Shown piece after piece: positions 1-11,429 of a stretch of 64,000 nucleotides of DNA. The first letter of the stretch is position 1; each line of letters begins with the position of its first letter. Where the stretch lies: positions 930,001-994,000 of the forward strand of contig NC_058369.1 in the NCBI RefSeq assembly GCF_018350175.1. The letters are read 5' to 3'. The position numbers and the translations under genes are program-made. The stretch comes from Felis catus (lineage: Eukaryota). The notes under the pieces were generated by a model. That model was not told the DNA's origin and ran no database searches. It saw nothing but the letters and a program-made list of their open reading frames with translations.

Positions 1-519
1 AACAGTCAGAAAGAGAGTCACGTCGCAGACCGCAGCAGTGGACATGTCCCCAAGAGACGCTGCTTGTGGCTCCACGAGGTCAATGCTGGAAGTCACAGGG
101 TCCTTGCTCTTTTTGGAACCCAGAACCTGAGCGGGTACCGGACGAGCTGCCATTCCTTCCCTGCTCACTTCCCTCACTCCTTCCCAAGCGGGGCTGGCAA
201 AGGCCCACGAGGGACTCAAGTGCTGGGTGGACAGCACAGCACTCCCGCCCCTCTAGGCATCACCCAGGCAGTTTCTGGGCCCTTGACCAGTGGCACGACC
301 CCCAGCACCGGCCCGCCTTCAACACGTGGCGGGTGTCCCTCTTTACTTTGTTAGAGACCTGAACGTGCCCACCCAGGATCCTGAAGCAAGGGGGAGAGAG
401 CCATCGAAGCTGGCTCAGAAACAAAAGCATCTTCCACCAATCGGAGAGAAAAAAGGAGGGAGAAGGAAAACAGCAGGTGGCCAACTGTCTGCGGCTGGGC
501 TGCCAGCCGCCCACTAATT

Positions 520-2000
520 CTTTATTCCGCCGAGAACCTTCCTCGCCATCCCTCCCCGGCCAACGGCAGCCCCTCCTGGCAATCTGGGGGAGGGGTGCTC
601 ACGAAGTCTCGCGCCTCCTGTCTTTGAGACTGGAGGGGCCACGACTCACGGGAGCGGCGGTCTCGGAGGGGGCCCGTGGACGGCGGAGGGGCGGCCCTTT
701 CGAACACGCGGCCCCGGGGACGGCCCCCGCCACCCCGGGAAGGGCCCCGGCCCCCCAGAGCGTCCCCGCCTCGGGCTGCGCGCGCCCCGCCGATCCAAGG
801 GAGAGCCCAGCCCCCACCCCCGCCTCCCAGCGGCGTCTGGCCCGCGCCGGGCGCCCCTCGCCCCGCCAGCGGGCCTGCTGCGGCCGCGGGAACAAAGGCC
901 ACCGCCCGCCCGGCGCCGACCCGCGCTCCACGCGGCCGCGGGAAGGGGGGGCACGCACGCGCACTGGACTGGGGCCGCCGCGCGCCGGCACGCACGCACG
1001 CACGCACGACGCACGCGCGGGCCCAGGCCGCAGCCCGGGTCGAGGCGCCCAGGCCGCCGCAGAGGCCGCTGGGAGGCGCCCGTTGGGGCCCTGCCCGGCC
1101 GGCACGTTCATTCACCTATAGTAAAAGACATCCCTGTGGCCGGCCGACAGCCCCGACCTTCTGGGCACTTCTTCCCTCTCCCAGCCCTGCGGGAGCGCTG
1201 GGCACTCCCACCTNNNNNNNNNNNNNNNNNNNNNNNNNNNNNNNNNNNNNNNNNNNNNNNNNNNNNNNNNNNNNNNNNNNNNNNNNNNNNNNNNNNNNNN
1301 NNNNNNNNNNNNNNNNNNNNNNNNNNNNNNNNNNNNNNNNNNNNNNNNNNNNNNNNNNNNNNNNNNNNNNNNNNNNNNNNNNNNNNNNNNNNNNNNNNNT
1401 GCCGCCCTCTCGGCCCCCTCCCCGCGCTCGCCAGCCCCCGCTCGGGGGGCCCGCTCCGCCCACCCGCCCGCGCGGGGCCCCGTGCTGCGCAGGCGCCGCG
1501 CGGGTCCCACCCCGCGGCCGCCGGCCCCGCCCCACGGCGGCGGCCCCAATCAGCGCGCGGCCAGGGGTGGGGCCGGCGGCGGCGCGCGGTCCGCCCGCCC
1601 CGCCCCGCGCCTGCGCCCTCGGCCCCACGACCGGCCAGCTGCCGGACCGCCCCGCGCCCGCGCGCTGTCCGGTCCTGGGTTCTGCCTCTCGTCCCGTGCC
1701 CCAGGTCCACGCTCGAATCCCGGGCTACCCGCCCCAGTGTCGGCCCTCCATCCGTCCCACCGTCCCCCTGGTCTCCCAGCCTCCGGGCACCGTCGGTGGC
1801 CGCCGCCCTCCACGCCCCAAATCGCTCCCACCGTCTTTCTGACGCCTCCGAATCGAGGAGTCAGCCCCCCTCTCCCGGCTCCACCTTTAGCACGGCGGCC
1901 TTCCGTCCCCGGGTCTGGGACCTTCCTACGGAATCTCTCGCCTCCACTTTTGACCCCTCTCCCAAGCCCTTCCTGGCCGCGGCGAGAGGCCCGGTGGATT
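520..2000. promoter_or_regulatory. CpG island / MBD3 promoter and 5' end of intron 1
   Basis: Dense CpG, several GC boxes, CCAAT at 1546-1550; surrounds MBD3 exon 1. Confidence 0.85.
1116..1213 (-). CDS. MBD3: MBD3 exon 1, visible part (N-terminal half of the methyl-CpG-binding domain). The ATG lies in the N gap, about 1225 if the N-terminus is MERK.
   Basis: Translates to RWECPALPQGWEREEVPRRSGLSAGHRDVFYY, matching the mammalian MBD3 N-terminus. Followed by donor AG|GTGAAT at 1116/1115. Remaining exons lie left of the window. Confidence 0.95.
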
Positions 2001-2679
2001 CCCCCTCTCAGCCCCTCCTGTGGCTGGCCCAGGGCGGGTGTTGAAGGAAAGACGCCTGAACGAGTGGACAGGGCTGTGACCAGTCCCGGGGGAAGGCTAA
2101 GTCTCCCGACGGGCCTGACCTGGCGTCCGGTGTCTGTGTGAGAGAGGAGCAGGGCGGGGGGTGGGGCCTGCTCGGCCGAGGACAGCGGAGGGCCGGGGTC
2201 TTCACTGCCCTGGAGCCCTGTGATCACGCTCGGGTCGGAGCCAGGTCCTCGTCGGGCAGCCCCAGACCACCGCGTGGAGGGCAGGAGTAACTCGTTTACT
2301 TCATGTTTTGAGGTTAAGTGCAGCTTCTGACAGTTCCTTACGCCTCCTTTCCTCCTGCGGTCTCACAGGTAAAAGGGCAAAGCGGTCAGGTTGGCAGGCT
2401 GAGCGGTCACCGCGCAAAGCTGGTTTGGGCACTGTTTCCTGGCTGGAGAGTTCAGGCCAGGACCCAGGACTTCAGGACCCTGGCCTTTGTGGAGGGCAAT
2501 ACTCGTAACTACTGCGGGTCTTTTTCTCGCTTGTACGATTTTATGTTAAGAACTAGTTAAACAAAGGTATGGGTGGTTATTGCAGTCAGTGAACCCACGT
2601 GAAGGCACATAAAGGAAAAGGTATGCACGTTCTTGTGTCAGAGGCCCCTGGTACCGCTCCCAGGCCCTGCTTTCTAGTT

Positions 2680-2910
2680 TTGGGGTGCATATCCAGAAGT
2701 GGGATTGCTGGGACACGTTGTAATTCTAGGTTTAATTTTTAGAACTGTCCAACTGCTTTCCACGGCACCTGCCCCATTTCACATTCCTGCCAGTGATGCA
2801 TGAAGGCTCCCTATTTTGCCACATCCTTGCTAATGTTATTTTCTGGGTTTTGATAGTACAGTATTGATGGATGTGTACTGTGGGGTCATAAGATTTGACC
2901 TGAAGAACCA
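2680..2910 (-). mobile_element. Ancient L1 (L1M-type) relic
   Basis: Motifs such as ccagaagtgggattgctgg and cacattcctgccag resemble antisense L1 3' region; recognised by eye. Confidence 0.55.
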
Positions 2911-2917
2911 CCATTGA

Positions 2918-3030
2918 GGGGCGCTGCCCGGCTGGCTCAGTCAGTGGGGCATGTGACTCTTGATCTCAGGGTTGAGTTAGCCCTACATTGGGTGTGGAGC
3001 CTACTTATAAACAAAACAAAAAAACCAAAC
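2918..3030 (+). mobile_element. Short old CAN-SINE
   Basis: tRNA-derived head ggctggctcagtcag...gtgactcttgatctcaggg with A-rich tail. Confidence 0.7.
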
Positions 3031-3751
3031 CACCACCACAATAAAGTCAAAAATGCTCCCTAGGTAGCGCCCCTCCACCCTTCTCCACGGGCATCCAGCC
3101 TGTCAGCCCTCGCTGGCTTCTCGGGGAATCTGACCCCCTCGAGCCCAGGCTGTCTCCAGAGCATAGACACGGGGCCTGTGAACATCGTGGGGCCCAAGTC
3201 CCTGGGATTGCCCCCTGAAGGGCTGGTCCAGGGCCTTTGTGAGCGGGCACGGAATTTACGGGGAGGGTGGACATGATGGGGGTGCCAGCAGAGAGGGGAG
3301 GCCGGGAGCCCTAGGAAGGGGGACGGGCAGTGGTGCTCCCCTCCTGGCTTGCTGGAACTTTGCTCTTTGGAAACGGGCTCCCTTTCCTGGGCTGGCTGGC
3401 GCAGGCCCCGAGCAGACGCCCTCTCCTGCCCATCTACACAAGGTAAGAAACAGAAACCAAACCAGCTGACACGTGAGGAGGCAGGCCTCTCCCTTCAGTA
3501 CTGTGAACACTGGGGCTGGGTGACTGGGGGGCTGTCCTGGTCACCACGGAGCGTTGAACAGCATCCCTCACACCACCCAATCGACGCCTGCACGGATGTT
3601 CCCGGCCCGCAGTCCCTGAGCTGGTAGGAGGCCTGCCTGGCACTCAGCAGCGGTGTGGCCTGGAAAGCTGTGCCAGAGACCTCAGTCTACTGTGACTACT
3701 GTAACCACTTAAGATGAATGCAAAAACCCGTGACACACGAAATGTCAACTT

Positions 3752-3855
3752 TAATTTATTTATAAGTGATCTCTACAGCCAATGTGGGGCTCAGACTCAT
3801 GACCCTGAGATCAAGAGTCACAGACTCTACCAACTGAGCCAGCCAGGCGTCTCCA
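3752..3855 (-). mobile_element. Short old CAN-SINE
   Basis: accctgagatcaagagtcac...caactgagccagccaggcg is the reverse complement of the SINEC head. Confidence 0.7.
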
Positions 3856-4012
3856 AGATGTCAGATTTTTGTTATTTCTCCAAAATGTCAAATTTTTAGA
3901 TAAAGGATTGAATAGCGTTGTGCTGAGCCCAAGACAAAATGAAAGAGTTGTGATCCCGCCCCCCTCAGGACTTAAAGTGGTTGGGAAAGCATTAAAATAC
4001 TGAAAAGTTGTA

Positions 4013-4190
4013 CGGGTGCCTGGGGGGCTTGGCCGGTCAAGCGGCCGACCCGATTCCAGCTCAGGTTATGATCTTGGGGTTCGGGAGTTTGAGTCCCGCA
4101 AAGGGCTCTGTAGTGACAGCATGGGGCCAGCTTGGGATTTTCTCTCTGTCCCTCCCCTGCTTGCTCTCTAAGTCAAGTTTTAAAAAATAC
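4013..4190 (+). mobile_element. CAN-SINE (older)
   Basis: gggtgcctgggggg head, CT tract, A tail; flanked by aaaatac(t/c)gaaaagttgt repeats. Confidence 0.85.
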
Positions 4191-4203
4191 CGAAAAGTTG
4201 TTA

Positions 4204-4429
4204 TTTTTTTTTTTTAATTTTTTTTTCAACGTTTATTTATTTTTGGGACAGAGAGAGACACAGCATGAACGGGGGAGGGGCAGAGAGAAAGGGAGACACA
4301 GAATCGGAAACAGGCTCCAGGCTCTGAGCCATCAGGCCAGAGCCTGACGCGGGGCTCGAACTCCCCGACCGCGAGATCGTGACCTGGCTGAAGTCGGACG
4401 CTTAACCGACCGCGCCACCCAGGCGCCCC
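4204..4429 (-). mobile_element. Young felid CAN-SINE (SINEC_Fc-like)
   Basis: Near-consensus ...cttaaccgaccgcgccacccaggcgcccc, poly-T tail, TSD gaaaagttgt..att. Confidence 0.92.
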
Positions 4430-4445
4430 TGAAAAGTTGTATTTT

Positions 4446-4609
4446 AAAAAAATATTTATTTTTGAGAGCGAGTGAGCATGTGCAAGCAGGGGAGGGACAG
4501 AAAGAGGGAGACGGGGGATCGCTGACAGCAGAGAGCCAGATGCGGGGCTCAAACTCGTGAGCCTGAGCCAAAGCCAGACGCTTAACAGACTGAACCACCA
4601 AGGTGTCCC
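4446..4609 (-). mobile_element. CAN-SINE (older)
   Basis: Reverse SINEC head and tail; TSD tgaaaag(t/c)tgtatt at 4430 and 4610. Confidence 0.85.
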
Positions 4610-5389
4610 TGAAAAGCTGTATTAAAACTCACAGTAATTTGTTTAAATATTGTATTTATAACAGAGTCGGAGTTAGAATTCGACTTTTCTGGCTTTCACG
4701 GAAGCAAACTCAGCTATATGTTCATTAAAACCATTAAACATTACAAAAACACAAAATTACGGGAGTAGGGGCACAAGTTTCTTTCCGCTTCAGGTCATGC
4801 TACGATTCAGCACAGCCCTGGGGCCGTGGACTATCCAGCCCCTGCGTGAGTTGGGAATTGTTAAAAATGCAGAAGCAGAAAAACTTAGCAACTCGCTTAT
4901 CTCACAGCTGTTCACCCGTGTTTAAGCGACAGACATAATTTATACGTGTCTGCAGTGACATTGTGACACAGGTGTTAGGACGGCATCGACAGGATCTAAC
5001 AGACCAGTTAAGTGTTGGTAACTAGGCACCCATCTCACAGCCGCAGACGTTGTCTGCGGTGCTATGGGCCCCAGGAAACGTGCCCTGGCGAAAAAAATGA
5101 TGTGCAGGAGAGGGGATCACAAACGCCAGTACTTGAGTTGAAACGTGCAGCGGTTCCGGACGTGTCCTCCGCCACGTCAATTCTGTGCTAAAGCTCTAGT
5201 CCCGAGTGTGGCTGCTGGAGACGGGCCCCGGGGTGTGCGATGCGGGGAAAGCAGGGTCAGAAGGGTCAGGCCCTGTCCAGATAGGGTTTGCGTCCTCCGA
5301 GACTTGCTGTCCCTCCCTCCCTGCACAGGTGCACTGAGGAAAGGCCGCGTGAGGACACAGCAAGAAGGCAGCCGGCAGTCTGCAACTCG

Positions 5390-6000
5390 GGAAGCAGGAA
5401 CTTCCCAGAAACAAGCCCTGCCAGAACACTTTTATCCTGTTGCCTGAGCCACCCGGTCTGGTGTTTTGTAACGGCAGACCAACAGGACAGCTGTGTTCAC
5501 AAATGTGCGTGTATGTGCACGCTGTCTCTAGAATTTTCCAGAACTGGGCAGGAGGGAGAGAACGGACTGTGTGCCACAGGTCCTTCTGTACCTGCTCATT
5601 TTTGTGACCTTCATGTGATGGGTTAACATGCCTGCAAGGTCTGAGACTCTTCCCAAGTTCTCCTCCCTTGGAGTGAGGATTGGATGTGGGTTCGTGCTTC
5701 TGACAGGTGTGGGCGAGGTGATGATGGAGACACTTCTGGGGAAAGGTCACTAAAGACCCAAGGTGTCCACCCGCAGAGATGAAAAGTGGCCCCCGAGGCC
5801 CCTACACGAGGGCACCCACGCGAGCAGCTCCTCCCGCCCCGGTCCAGCCTCGGGTGCCTTAACTGCTTCCTCCTGAGCCATCTGGAGCCAGGACCACCCG
5901 ACTAAGTTACTCCTAAATTCTTGCCCACAGGAACCCAGAGGTAATAGACGTTTGCTGTTTTACACCAAGTCGTGGGGAAATTTCTTAAGGCAGCGATAGG
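5390..6000. mobile_element. MLT1 (MaLR) LTR fragments
   Basis: MLT1-like 3' motifs (gagccacccggtctggtgttttgtaacggcag; aaattcttgcccacagga...tgctgtttta). Confidence 0.45.
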
Positions 6001-6174
6001 TACGCTTTACAGGTCTTACCCATTGAGCATCTGAAGTAACCAACTTCTGCCAGCCACTGAGAAATTTCTGATTTGCAAAATTTTGGAACTGAAAGGACCC
6101 CAGGGGTCGGTCACTCGAGCCACCAGGGCTGCGGTGAAGGTTACCAAGTCGCCAGCATGACCACGTCAGGGGGG

Positions 6175-6311
6175 GCGGGTTTCAGAGCACGGTTTAATGC
6201 TGTGTGCATTCAAACATGAAAGCTGCTGTCAGAAACACAGAGTCCTGAGTCACGCTGGGCTGTTCCAGGCACCACAGGACCTCACGTGGGAGGGGGCGGC
6301 ACCGCGGACAC
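6175..6311 (-). other. UQCR11: UQCR11 exon 3 (non-coding, 3' UTR)
   Basis: Acceptor gtctcccctccag|G at 6312/6311; ATTAAA polyA signal at 6193-6198 on the minus strand. The 3' end is approximate. Confidence 0.75.
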
Positions 6312-6937
6312 CTGGAGGGGAGACGGCAGGGTGAGCCCCCGGCTCCTGCTCTTGTAGGAAAGGAGGCGCTGAGTGGTGATGAGGGACAGACGCCACTGTC
6401 GGGCTCCAAAATCAAATCCGGTGATGCCGCTTGGCTGCCGCAGGCCCGGGGGCCCTTCTGGAAGATGGGGACATAGGAGGCGCTGCAGCCTGTCATGCGG
6501 ACTGCAGACTGGCACACGGGCAGGCCAGCAGCTGTGGGTCAGCTCCCCCCGGCCCCGCTTGTAAAATGGGGTATCCCTCCATCACGCCCGGGGCCGGGCC
6601 GACCGGGGTGGCATGGCGTGGGATGCGCAGTCAGCCCCCGGGCTGGCCGTGCGGGGGCACTGCCCCTTCCCCAGTCCCACACCCAGGGGTGCTGGTTGGC
6701 GGTTCTGCGTTGGCGGGCAGGAGGTGCGTGCAGGGCCCAGCCCAGAGCCCCACCCTTGGGCAGGATTCTCCAGGGCCGAAGGTGCGGTGCAGGTGAGCCT
6801 CCCGGACGTGCCACCCCAGCTCTGGGGGTATGGAGAAGCAGCCCCACGGAAGCCCCCTCTGCCACGCGGGAACCGCAGGGTTCACCTGCTGACGGCTGCC
6901 GAAACTTACCACAGGGATCCGAGGAGGGTCAGTCTCA

Positions 6938-7058
6938 CTAATCGTCCTTCTTAAACTTGCCGTTGATGTAGGGCACCCAGTCCAGAATGAGCCGCCAATC
7001 CGTGGCCCACACCAGCCCCACGGCGCCCACGGCGCCCCACATGCCTGCTGTGGGAATC
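6938..7058 (-). CDS. UQCR11: UQCR11 exon 2 CDS (exon continues to the donor at 6910/6909)
   Basis: (W)IPTAGMWGAVGAVGLVWATDWRLILDWVPYINGKFKKDD*; acceptor tcctctggcag|; donor TG|GTAAGT. Confidence 0.97.
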
Positions 7059-7659
7059 CTGCCAGAGGACAGCGGGGGTCAGGTCCTGCCCGGGAATGTC
7101 CCTCCCAGCTGTATTTCTGGGTCTCTCCCCGTCCCCACCTGCCACTGATTCAGCGCCCACCACCCCCCAGCCCCTGCCCGGTGTATGCAGAGCCTCTGAC
7201 AGCTCCACGGGGTGGGCACACAGAAGAGCCTGAGTGGCCTTCACTCCCATCTGCTTTTGCACTGGGATCTTCTTAAGGTTTTTTTTTTTGGGGGGGGGGA
7301 TTTGCTTAAAAAAAGTTAAAACCCCAAGCTCATAACCACCCGTCACAATAGCTAACGTCTGCATGCAGGCACCAACTATGAGGTTTACAGTTGACTCATG
7401 ACGGCCATAGGACTGAGGGGAGTATCAGGGTCTTGGTCTTACAGACGGGGAGCACACAGCACAGGAAGAGCAGGTCACTACCCCAAGGATACTCGGCCAC
7501 ATGGTGCAGATCCAGGGCACCGAGCTGAGTCTAGCTCTGACCCACCATGGCCACTCCTCACTATGTCCTGTGATTTGTGGGAGTCCACAGTGGCTCCCAC
7601 AGTCCCCGCTGATGTTCATGCCTGGTGTACGTCCCCCCTCGGCGCCTGGGCAGGACCCA

Positions 7660-7990
7660 GTGTCCGGTCTGTAATGAGCGAGGCTCGCAGGGGTGACCTT
7701 ATGAACACAAGCTTCTGGCACAGGCGCTCTGGCTTGCTCCTGCTCTCTTTGGGGGAAGCCAGCGGCCACCTGAGCTGCCCTACAGAGGAGTCCACATGGC
7801 AGAGAACTGAAGGCGCCCCTCCAGCAATCACACACTCGAGCCTGGGAAGACCCCCGAGCAGAGCCTTTGGACGAGACTGCAGCCTCCTGAGACTGTGTGG
7901 TGGCCCCAGCCCAGGGGTGCCGGCATCCTTGACCCACACAGACTGGGACAGGATATCATGCTGGTAGTTTGAAGCTGCCCGCTCTGCGGA
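7660..7990 (+). mobile_element. MLT1-type LTR relic in UQCR11 intron 1
   Basis: gggggaagccagc...ccacatggcagagaactga...ttgacccacacagact pattern typical of MLT1. Confidence 0.5.
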
Positions 7991-8453
7991 GCCACTAGCT
8001 ATGTGACTATTCCAGGTCCGTCCTCACCTGGAAGGATCGTGGTCAGCCGCGCGCCTGGGACGGTGGGGGTGAAGGCTGGAAGGCCCCCCACCTCGCCAGT
8101 GACGACCCCGAGTGCGGCCCACGCCCCCGACCTGGCGCCTCGGCGGGCTCACGGGTTATTGCTGATGTGGGCACAGGCTCTGGGCTCAACTTTTCCTGCC
8201 GCCGCCCCACGGCCGCGAGACTTAGTGATGTCCCAGGAGCCTTCCCTCTAGGGAGGGTGTGCGCCACCCGCCCCGTGTCCCTGCTGTGCCCGCGGGCGCC
8301 CGAGCCGGGGGTGCTGCAGAGACCCGGCGGCCGTGTGCGCCCAGGCGGAGGTCAGGAGCCTGCCGCTCCGTCGCTCTGCGCCTGTCCCATCTGGGACCCG
8401 GCTCCAGAAGGGGTCCCGGTTGGAGACGACGGGGCCCGGGGGCACATGCTCAC

Positions 8454-8503
8454 CAGTTTCTGGCCAGCTCGCGGTAGCGCGGGCCCAGGAACCTGCTCAG
8501 CAT
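8454..8503 (-). CDS. UQCR11: UQCR11 exon 1 CDS (cytochrome b-c1 complex 6.4 kDa subunit)
   Basis: MLSRFLGPRYRELARN plus TG, donor |GTGAGC. Exons give 50+121 = 171 nt = 56 aa plus stop. Confidence 0.97.
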
Positions 8504-8539
8504 CGCGGCGCGGTGCGCAGCTCAGGGTGACCCCGGCTG

Positions 8540-8720
8540 CCTCCCCGTCGTCCTGCGCAAGCGCGGCCGCCGCAGCGCGCAGGCGCACCGGAAGGCCCCG
8601 CCCCGGGCGAGCCGAAGGCGCTACGCCCGGCGCCCCCGGTTGCTGCGCGCGCGGACCCGGAAGACATTTGCAGCCACTTCCGGGGAGAGTCGGAAGTCGT
8701 TACGGATGCGGCAGAGAGTG
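8540..8720. promoter_or_regulatory. UQCR11 promoter with NRF1 and ETS/GABPA motifs, inside a CpG island (~8200-9400)
   Basis: TGCGCAAGCGC 8554-8564; GCGCAGGCGCA 8577-8587; CCGGAAG/CTTCCGG/CGGAAGT at ~8588, 8657, 8675, 8691. This is the usual design of respiratory-chain gene promoters. Confidence 0.8.
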
Positions 8721-10179
8721 GGCAGGGCCGGGAGGAGGGCGCGGTCTCCGCGCCCGCGGTCCGAGTGGCCCCCAGCAGCGCAGCCTCTGGCAACGTTTGG
8801 CTGGTGATTTTGTGTCTTTGCTGCCTGCCAGAACTTCGTTCGCAATTAAGGAGACGGGCCCCGCGGGGAAGGGGACTTGCCCGGGGTCGCACAGAGGGAA
8901 GGGTGCCGCTTGAAGCCACGCCTGGAACGGTCGGCGGGACGTAGGCCACATGGCCGCGCCTCCGCAGCCACAGTGCGCGCACCGGAGCTGCCTGCCGTTC
9001 GGAGGCCCGGTGGGCAGCTTCTCGCACGTCGACCTCGCCCTGGCGGCGGAGGGCGGCCCGGCTCCTGGAGCCGCAAGCGTCCGTTCTGTTCGCGGACGGC
9101 CCGCCGGGACCGGTGGGTCCCCCGGGCCCGCCTGGGCTCGCCCGCTCCAGTCACTGCCTCTGCGGCCCCGGCACCGAATGCAGGAGGTAAGGACCGGAGC
9201 CCCGCCTTGCCCCGCTCCGGGCGGCCGCTCCCCGGTTTCCTGCAAGACGGCAGTTCCCATGGGGGCTGCAGGTCCCGACCCGGCCCTGGCCGCAGACTGC
9301 GGGTGGGTCCCGGCAATGACGTGTAGAGACCACGGTCGGGGCTCCGCAGGTGCTCGTTGTTCCTGGATTGGACGTCGTTTCTCGTCTTTACAGTTGCTCT
9401 GGGGTTTTGAGCTTGGGATCGCAGGGGATCTGTCGGTTGTTGGAAACTTAAACCGGATATAGAGGCCGTCACGAAGACTGTTGAGAGAGACACAGAATAA
9501 CGCTGCCTGAAAAAGTGAGTAGAGATGGGCACAGGGACCTGAGGGCTGCAGGTCCTGGGTCCAGCAGTTCCTGAAGCCTTACCTCATTGCTCCTTCTGCC
9601 TAATGCACTTCAGCTCATAAGGCAGAATGTTTTTCTTTCAAGTGATACAAACGAAAAACCAGTGTAAGAGAAAAGAAGGAAGTTTTATGGCATGTTGGAT
9701 GGCTTCAGGCACAGCTAGATCCAGGAGTCTGGCAGTATCATTACGGATCTCTCTCTCTCCATGTCTCAGCTCATCTGAGAGCTGTCCCTGCTCTTCGGTG
9801 AGCTCTCTCTGAGCAGTGGCGTGTGGAAACTCTGGGTTAACGTTCCAGCAGCCCTTGAAGAAAGACAGCTCTTCTTCCCAGTCGTTTCAGGAAACGTTGT
9901 GAGGCCTGTTGTCTTTGGCCTGCTGTGGAAGTGGAGCGGGGGCAGACACTCCTCAGAGGACGTGAGCTGAAGCTGGGGCGGGGAGGACCCCCAAAAGGGA
10001 ATAGCCAGGATTCTGAGAGCCCGGGAGGTGGTAGATAAGCGAAGAGTGCCCTCCTTTCTCACATCCTGCTGGTCCTCTGCCGGGGCCTCCAGGACTCCCT
10101 GTGATAGTTCTGTCTGGCCCTTGGGGGAAACGGGACTCCTTTTCTTGTCTTTATTGCTGTGGCATTCAGACAGTTAACC

Positions 10180-10415
10180 GTTTTATTTTTATTATTATTA
10201 TTTTTTTAATGTTTATTTTTGAGAGAGGCAGAGACAGAATGCGAGTGGGTCAGGGGCAGAGAGAGGGAGACACGGAATCGGAAGCAGGCTCCAGGCCCTG
10301 AGCTGTCAGCACAGAGCCCGACGCGGGGCTCGAACCCACAAACCGTGAGATCATGACCTGAGCCGAAGTCGGAGCCGAAGTCGGAGGCTCAACCGACTGA
10401 GCCACCCAGGCGCCC
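10180..10415 (-). mobile_element. CAN-SINE with internal 12-bp duplication (gagccgaagtcg x2)
   Basis: Reverse SINEC consensus; TSD-like acagttaacc.tttta on both sides. Confidence 0.9.
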
Positions 10416-10419
10416 CACA

Positions 10420-11420
10420 TACAGTTAACCATTTTAAACTGAATTATTTTGGTGGCATTGAGTGCGTTCACGAAGTTGGGCAACCACTCCCTCTGTCTAG
10501 TTGCAGACAGATTTCATCGCCTCCAGAAGAAGCTCCGTTCCGTCCCCATCAGCTGTCACCGCCCCCTTCCCAGCCCCCGGCCGCCACGAGCCCCCTTCCT
10601 GTCCGTGGATGAGCACGTTGTGGATATTTCACATCAACTGAGTTTCACCCCGTGTGGCGTCTCGTGTCTGGTTCCCTCCCCGAGTGTCGTGTGTTCGGGG
10701 TCTGTCCGCGGGGCGGCGGGTGTGGGCGCCTCGCTCCTGCTGTGGCCGAGGGACGTGCCCTCCTGTGTGTGGTGGACGCGTGTATCTGTTTCCCCGTTGA
10801 TGGATTTTTTTCATTTAAAAATCTTTACCGCTTAATGAGATATACTTGACCTACAAAAACGCACGTCCTGAAAACATACAACGGGGTATTGGACGTGTGC
10901 GTGCGCACGGAAGCACCGTGGCGGTCAAGGTGCCCTCGAGCCTTCCTCCCGCCCTTCTGGACCCTCTCCCACCCCTCCCAGCCCCAGCAACCGCCCTTCT
11001 GTCAGTTCACCTGCATCTTCTAGACTTTTCTATGCAGTATGTTCTCCTTGGTGCCTGGCTTCCCCCGTGCGACACGGTGACTTCCGAGTGCTCCAGCTTA
11101 CCGTGTCTGTCACTGGCACGTTCCTTCTACCCCTGGTCGTGTTCCGTGGAAGGGTGGACCTGTGTTCACCCACTCACCTGGTCAAGGGCATTTGGGTTGC
11201 TCCCGGTTTGGCCAGTTCCAGATGTGGCTGATGAACAGTCACGTCCGGGCCGGGAGGCACGGGTAGGCGTAACTGATGTGCAACATGACCTTAGCGCCGG
11301 GGGCACGACAGCGGATTTTTCCGAAGCAGTCACACCTGTTGAGGCTCCTGCCAGAGACGTGTGAGTTCCTGCTGGATTTGGGTATTTTGCTGCTTTAAAA
11401 AGGACACCCACGCTGTTTGC
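10420..11420 (-). mobile_element. Ancient L1MB/L1MC-like 3' fragments (two pieces)
   Basis: Recognisable antisense L1M 3' UTR text (ccctttctgtc...ggatatttcacat; cttctagacttttctatgc...gtgcctggctt), strongly GC-shifted. Confidence 0.55.
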
Positions 11421-11429
11421 CGTGGTCAC

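Noticed and set aside
477-2227. Multiple ORFs over the MBD3 CpG island
   Set aside because: Only the minus frame at 1116-1213 matches a protein; the rest are GC artefacts bridged by Ns.
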